Source: the human T2T-CHM13v2.0 reference genome, Homo sapiens
Direction: 5' to 3' (one strand)
Assembly: GCF_009914755.1 (NCBI RefSeq)
Contig: NC_060931.1
Length of the DNA: 64,000 bases
The position numbers and the translations under genes were made by a program. The notes under the pieces were generated by a model. It made no database searches. It saw nothing but the letters and a program-made list of their open reading frames with translations, and had not been told where the DNA came from. The number at the start of each line of letters is the position of its first letter. Position 1 is the first letter of the stretch. Below are positions 56,946 to 64,000 of this stretch, piece by piece.

Positions 56946-58759
56946 CTAGTTATTCAGGTAGGAAAGACTGGGAGAAAAGATAGTAATGATAGAAATAAAG
57001 ATTCTATTTTGATCATGTTAAAAATGAGCTGCTTATTCAACATTTATTTGAGAACTGAATATATTCATCTTCCACCCCAAGAAGCCTATCAAATATTCCC
57101 TTTGAGCACATCCAGTAATCTCCCTGAAAGGAGTTCTGGTCAACACATTTTGTTCCATTTCATTACTTTTCCAAGACAGTCTAGAGCTGCAGTATTTCAG
57201 TGCCCCATGTATACTGCTGACCTCAGTAACTGACCAGTTGTCCCACTTCTTGGTCTAACTCTCTGACTGCACTGGTGACAGACCGGTGATTGGAACTCAG
57301 GTTTCCTGACTTTTTATCCATTTCCACAATTATGGCTTCAACTGAACATAGGCAAAACACAGACTTACTTTAAACAATTGTAGAGCATCAGCTCTTGCTA
57401 ATTCTGAAGCTCTCTTTCATTTTAAATAACAAACACTTTATCCAAATATATGTGCAGTTGCCCTTCCTTCCTAACCTTGGCTTTCAGCAGTTGCTTTGAT
57501 ATTTATTTTGGAGATGTAAAGACTCATGTTATGTATATGCCAGTATTGGAAACGGTAAGCTAAGATGCATGTCCTGTTCTCTCCCACAGCTTGATATTTT
57601 TTCTGCTTTTCTTGGGACAGAATCACTTGGGTTTTATTTATTTATTTGATACTTGATTACATCTTATCAAATCCAATGCAGATTCTCATGCCAAGGATCT
57701 GACTGAAGGTCAAGAAAAAAAAGCATAAAATGTAAAAGGAAGTTCACAGGATGATTACACAGGACACAAGTCAGACTCAATAATTTTCTTAAAGACTCCA
57801 GTGGTCTACATTGGGTCAAGAATCTAAGCCCATTACCTAGTCAGCGTGAGCAAGAACCCAGAGAAAAGGACAGGAGCAGGTCATTACCACATCTTCTGCC
57901 CATAATAAATCATAGAGTTAAAAGGAAGCTTTACAGATGATCTAGTATAGACTCTGTTGACTTTATAGAACTAACTTATATTTTACACATAAGATACTTG
58001 AGCCCAGACACTTAGTAAGAGGGTGTGAGTCAGAATCAAAGGCCAACTGAGCGTCATGTTTTCTGCTGGGTCCAATTTGGATTGCCTAACTATTATTATC
58101 ACTGCTACTGAGCTACGAGACTTATAGCTTCCCTGCAATAAAGGAAGTGAGTGAAAGAGACTGGTTGATTGGACCGGGGGAGAGAAAAATTGAAATGGAA
58201 AAGAGAAGAGAATAAAATTTATTAAGTATGAACTATAGGTATACTCTATGGTATATATTTTATAGATGCTATCTAATTTAATCATCGCGTAGATCCAGTT
58301 GGGTAGGTATCATCCCCGATTTACAGGCTAAGAAACTGAATTTAAGAGAGATGACATAATTTGCCCATCCGTAGAGCTACGCATTTGTTTCTTGGCGTGC
58401 CTATTACATTGTTCATTGTTTTGACCCTTTCCTATAAGTAGTGTGTTGTTGCCAGATTTTTTTCTTTAATTGATGCTTAGTCTAGTATGAGAAGTTTCAG
58501 ACTAGGAAATTAATTTAGTAGCAAGCAAAACAAGTAGCTTAAGAATCAGTTCGAAAGTCTGAATTAATATAATACATTTTAGAGCAGAATTTAAAGAAAT
58601 ATACGCATATAAGAAGTGTTGGAACCCATTTTGAGTTAATTACTGTTTTTCAAATTTAGAATTACTTGTTCAATTTTAGAAGACTTATTGAGACTCTGAA
58701 GAAACGGACATTAAACCTATTAGCTTACAAAAATAATCAATATATTTTCAGTACTCAAG

Positions 58760-60250
58760 AGTGTGATAGTCTCTCCATGTATTCATTTCCTTTCGTGTCC
58801 CTCAGTAAATTTTGCAGTTATATATGTCATATATATTCCTTTTAAAAATTATTTCTAGTTTTTACATACATTATTGCTACTATAATTGGATTTTTCTTGT
58901 TAAAATTCCCATTCCATTTACCCGAAGTATGGGAGATATTAATTTTTCATATTTTAAAATTATAATCTCATTTATCATGTGATTCCTGGAGGTTTTTTGG
59001 AAGGAGAATTCTAGGGCTAAATATAATATAACCTGCGAATGATGATAATTTTGCCTATTTGTCACCAGATATGCCTCTTATTTCTGATTATTTTCATGTA
59101 GTTTTGGTTGGAAATGCAGAAACAACACTAAATGACTCATGCTGAGAGAATTCATCTTATTCCTGTTTCTGGATTCTAAGGAAATATCTCTGTTGCATTT
59201 TAAACGGTGATTGCTGGCTATTGGACTAAGGTTTTCTTAATTGGTTTTATAAATACTGTTACTTTTTTACTCATGTAACCAACTAAATAATTGTCTTTTT
59301 TGACCAAATGAGGAGATATTTGTAGATTTTCTAGTATTCAATCCTATGTTTTTGGAATGAAGCCAGCTGAGGCATACTGAATTACTTATTTAAAATATTA
59401 CAGAAAGCAAGTTGTGATTACTTTATTTATGACTTTTTTAACAGATGAAAGAACTCTATAGTTTTTCCATTTGGGAACAAAATTATTAATTAATTTTATG
59501 TCTTTAAATGAATTTGAAACATTATATTTGTTTTTACATGGGGCAGTTTATAACAAAATATTTGCTTTGGAGAAGATTAAATTCACTTAAACAGCTTGGA
59601 AATTTGGGTACTTTTCCTTGAGAGTGTTTTTAACTTCTTCCTCAGTTTTTGATCTTTTTTATGTTTCTAATTTACTCAATTTTTAGAATTCACATTTTCC
59701 TAGAAAATAATTCATCTCATCAAAATTTTGTGAATATATTATCAAAACATTGACCACTACAGACTCATAAATGCTTTCAATATCCTCCTAATAACTTATC
59801 TAATTATTCATTTCTAATTTGGTGTATTTATGTCTTTTTTCTTGTATAAACTTGCAATTATGCCATTTTTTGTCCTTTTTCTAGTGAAACACCCTTAGAT
59901 CTGTAAATTGTAATTTTATATTTTCAAGATATTATTTCTCATAATAATTTTTCTTCTTCCAGTTTAATTTGATTTTACCATTATTTTTAAATTTTGAGTT
60001 AAATTGCAATGGATTTGCATTGCTTCTTTTTAAGTAATAATGGAAACATTTAAAACCAGGAATTTTATTTTTAACTACCAATTGACCACAATATGTAATT
60101 TTTTTATATGACTTGTTTTCACGATATGTCTTTTGATTTTACATTTGCCCTCAAAATGTGGAATATATTTTATAAATATTTCCTCTTGGGTTGATTAATT
60201 TTATTTACTTAATTTTTAATAAACTTTAAGAATGCTTTTTCTATTGTGTT
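58760..60250 (-). mobile_element. Ancient L1M remnant
   Basis: T-rich antisense ORF2-like motifs (ATATAACCTGCGAATGATGATAATTTT, the reverse of the FADD region). Confidence 0.55.
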
Positions 60251-60536
60251 ACAGAAATGCGTTTCATATAATCATTGAATAGCAATTGCATTACATAGTT
60301 TGCAATTTCACATAGACTCAGAAATTTGTTTGAAACATACCTCATTAGGAACACACATGCTGTTACTATTGTTTGTATTATGTAAACAGAGCATTGGAGT
60401 CAAATGGCAGGCTTTAAAGCCTGGCTGATCACCTTTGCACCGAGGCCCTCCCACTCTCTTGCTATGGACCTTCACTCATGTTTACTAAACACCTCTCAGT
60501 ATTATCATTTGTAAGATGGGGTTAATTATACATATA

Positions 60537-60882
60537 CAATCATGTGCTACATAATGATGTTTGCTCAACAATCAGTTGCGTATATGACAGCGGTCTCATA
60601 AGATTATGCTACCATATTTTTACTGGACCTTTTTTATAGTAAATGCATTTAGGAACACAAACCCTTGCCATTATGTTACAATTGCCTACAGTTTTCAGCA
60701 CAGTAACATGCGGTACAGATTTGTAGCCCAGGAGCAATAGGCCATACCATATAGCCCAAGTGAATGATAGGCTATATCATCTAGGTTTGTGCAAGTATAC
60801 TCTATGATTTTTGCAAGACAACGAAATCACCTATTGACATGTTTTTCAGAAAGTATCTCTGTTCTCAAGCAATGCATGGTTG
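60537..60882 (+). mobile_element. Tigger3a/MER7A DNA transposon inserted in a MIR
   Basis: TA|CAATCATG...GCATGGTTG termini; GTTACAATTGCCTACAG and AGGAGCAATAGGC internal matches. Confidence 0.88.
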
Positions 60883-61520
60883 TTATCTTTAGCTAAGATG
60901 ATGAAGTAAAGCACTACGCATAAGCCCTGGTGCAAAGCAAATGCGCAAATAGTCATTCTTTTTCCTGTTTGCTGTCTTAATCACTTAAAAATTGTAAATG
61001 ATGGGGTAAAGTTTTCCTTTAATAAAAAAAGTTCATTTTTCCTGATTTATCCATATTCTCAGATGTTGCTTTATATGTTTCAGAAAGTATATATATAAAT
61101 TTTGTTTTCCCCTTATCAATGCAAATTAAACTCTATTCAGTTAGTAATATTTGACTTGAGTTGTCTTTTTGCTAGTAGTAATATTGTCCCAGGTTTTCTC
61201 TGTGGTCACTTAATGATTTTTTTCTTTAATATTTTTGTGCCATTTTGTGTTACCTATATGTTGCTTACATTTAGATTTTTTTAAAAATACGACTTTTTGT
61301 CATCTATTAGGGAATTTTTAACCACCTACCATTAATGTCACACAATGTGTTTGGTTATATTTTTGTGAATTTATATTTCTGTTTTAATTTCTTGCTCATT
61401 TCTTTTTGTCCTACATATGAAACATCTGTTCTCCTACCACTAGTGTTTTGAAAGCTATAATCCCTATGTGTGTTAACTTTACCTTTAATAAAAGTCCAGT
61501 ATATAATACTCATGATTGAG

Positions 61521-61680
61521 AGGCTAGGCCCTGTGTTGCACACCTGTAATCTCAGCACTTCAGGAGGCCAAGGTGGGAGGATCACTTTAGCCCAGGAGTT
61601 TGAGGCTACAGTGAGCTATGATCACACCACTGCAATCCAGCCTGAGAGACAGAGCAAGACCCTATCTCAAAAAGAAAAAG
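61521..61680 (+). mobile_element. Alu monomer (FAM/FRAM-like)
   Basis: Single arm with GAGGCTACAGTGAGCTATGATCACACCACTGC. Confidence 0.8.
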
Positions 61681-62389
61681 AGCAAATAAATTGTGATTGA
61701 AAATATTGTGAAGGGAATAGCACCCATTCAAATGCTGTTATATAGGGAAAGAAAATCAGCAACTTTTGAAAAAAAATTTTGATCAGAACTTTTCCAACAT
61801 ATTACAGAGTCTGTGATTACAATTTAACATTTAAACAGGGATTTCAGACATTCAATTATTATTTGTATTACATTCCTACACTCTTAAGAATAATTTGTCA
61901 CATTTTTAATGTTTTATAATTATCTTGACAATATTTTGTTTCAAGAATGAATTTAAATGATTTTTTTAAACTTCCCAATTTTTAATAAATATTTTCCTAA
62001 TTTTGGATTCTTTACATTAATTCTTTTATTCTATTAACCAAAATATGTTTGGTAATATTTTGAAAAAAAACATAATTTTTTTTTTAGATTTAAATGAAAA
62101 AGTTATTTGCTATTACACAGAAGTGACACAATGTCTGCTATAAAAATTGGGAACCAATGTTTTTTCCTTTCAAAATTGCATTAATTTTGCTCCTTTTTTT
62201 GTAACTTTTTTATACAAAGTTGAATCCTAAACCAATACTAATTCTTTCTTAAATAATTAATTAAAAAACATTTTTAATTTTAAAAGTTTTAGAGCATTTT
62301 TAGATTTACAGCAAAATTGTGAAAACAATACAGAATAACTACATACTTTACACCCAGCTACCCCTATTATTAACATCTTCCATGATATA

Positions 62390-62762
62390 CAGTTAACCCT
62401 TGAATAACACAAGTTTGAACTGAGAGGGTCCACATATATGTAAATTTTCTCCTGCTTCTGCCACCCCTAAGACAGCAAGACCAACTCCTCCTCTTCCTCT
62501 TCCTTTTTAGCTTACTCAATATGAAGATGATGAGGATGATAATCTTTTTGATGATCCACCTCCACTTAATGAATAGTAAATATATTTTCTCTTCCTTATA
62601 ATTTTCTTAGTAACTTTTTCTCTAGCTTACTTTATTGAAAGAATACTGTATATAATAAATATAACAAAATATATGTTTATATACTGTTTATGTTCTCGGT
62701 ATGGCTCTGGTCAACTAGTATACTAGTAGTTAGGTTTTGGGGAAGTTAAAAGTTATAGATGG
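62390..62762 (+). mobile_element. Tigger2a/MER28-like DNA transposon, interrupted by L1
   Basis: TA|CAGTTAACCCTTGAATAACAC start; CTGCCACCCCTAAGACAGCAAGACCAAC. Confidence 0.85.
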
Positions 62763-64000
62763 AGAGAGTCTCCAAGATGGCCAAATAGGAAGAGCTCTGG
62801 TCTGCAGCTCCCAGTGAGATCAATGCAGAAGGTGGGTAATTTCTGCATTTCCAACTGAGGTACCTGGTTCATCTCACTGGGACTGGTTGGACAGTGGATG
62901 CAGCCCAAGGAGGGTGAGCCAAAACAGGGTAGGGTGTTACCTCACCCAGGAAGTGCAAGGCGTCAGGGAACTCCCTCTCCTAGCCAAGGGAAGTCATTAG
63001 GGACTGTACCATGCACTCTGGCCCAGATACTGAGCTTTTCCCACTGTCTTCACAACCCGCAGATCAGGAGATTCCCTCCAGTGCCTACACCACCAGGGTC
63101 CTGGGTTTCCAACACAAAACTGGGCAGCCATTTGGGCAGACACTGAGTAGTTTTTTTTCATAATCCAGTTGCACTTGGAATGCCAGTGAGACAGAACCAT
63201 TCACTCCCCTGGAAAAGGGGCTAAAGCCAGGGAGCCAAGTGGTCTGGCTTGGTGGGTCCCACCCCCACGGAGCCCGACAAGCTAAGATCCACTTGCTTGA
63301 AATTCTTGTGCCAGCACAGCAATTGGAGCCCGACCTGGGACACTAAGCTTGGTGGGGGGAGGGGCGTCCGCCATTGCTGAGGCTTGAGTAGGTGGTTTTA
63401 CCCTCACAGTGTAAACAAAGCCGCCTGAAAGTTTCAACTGGGCGGAGCCCACCACAGCTCAGCAAGGCCACTGAGGCCAGACTGCCTCTCTAGATTCCTT
63501 CCTCTCTGGGCAGAGTATCTCTGAAAGAAAGGCAGCAGTCCCAGTCAGGGACTTATAGATAAAACCCCCACCTCCCTGGGACAGAGCACCTGGGGTAAGG
63601 GGCAGTTGTGGGCATGGCTTCAGCAGACTTAAACGTCCCTACCAGGCAGCTCTGAAGAGAGCAGTGGATCTCCCAGCATAGAGTTCGAGCTCTGATAAGG
63701 GACAGACTGCCTCTTCAAGTGGGTTCCTGACCCCCGTGTATCCTGACTGGAAGATATCTCCCAGTAGGGGCCGATAAAAACCTCATACAGGAGACCTCTG
63801 CCTGGCATCTGGCGGGTACCCCTCTGGGATGAAGCTTCCAGAGGAAGGAACAGGTAGCAATCTTTGTTGTTCTTCAGCCTCCACCAGTGATACCCAGGCA
63901 AACAGGGTCTAGAGTGGACCTCCAGCAAACTGCAGCAGAGGGGCCTGACTGTTAGAAGGAAAACTAATAAACAGAAAGGAATACTATTGACATCAACAAA
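62763..64000 (+). mobile_element. 5' UTR of a probably full-length L1PA7-like element, running off the window
   Basis: CAAGATGGCCAAATAGGAA..CTCCCAGTGAGATCAATGCAGAAGG; longer 5'UTR than the 37150 copy; ORF1 start not reached. Confidence 0.92.

Overview
This is primate genomic DNA, human or ape-like as judged by AluY/AluS/AluJ, L1PA and THE1 elements. It is AT-rich, dominated by transposable elements, and contains no recognisable intact host protein-coding exon, RNA gene or CRISPR-like array. From left to right: a decayed minus-strand class I ERV internal region with a readable env TM relic and a nested solo LTR (1-2.7 kb); a MaLR/Alu/old-L1 mosaic containing a short RPS5 retrocopy fragment missed by the ORF track (7.3 kb); several unique stretches (about 10-13, 25.7-28 and 31-37 kb); then an L1-dense right half. 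That half holds a full-length L1PA5/6-like element (37150-43291, 20-bp TSD) with dead ORF1/ORF2 but an open antisense ORF0, two ancient L1M remnants riddled with nested insertions, and the 5' end of a second L1PA running off the window. Nearly all listed ORFs are repeat-derived or chance. I found no evidence of a new biological system. The best leads are the intact ORF0, the DUX4-motif LTRs with nearby splice signals, and several clear insertion and repair footprints. Subfamily names come from recalled consensus features rather than a database search, and the boundaries of old repeats are approximate.
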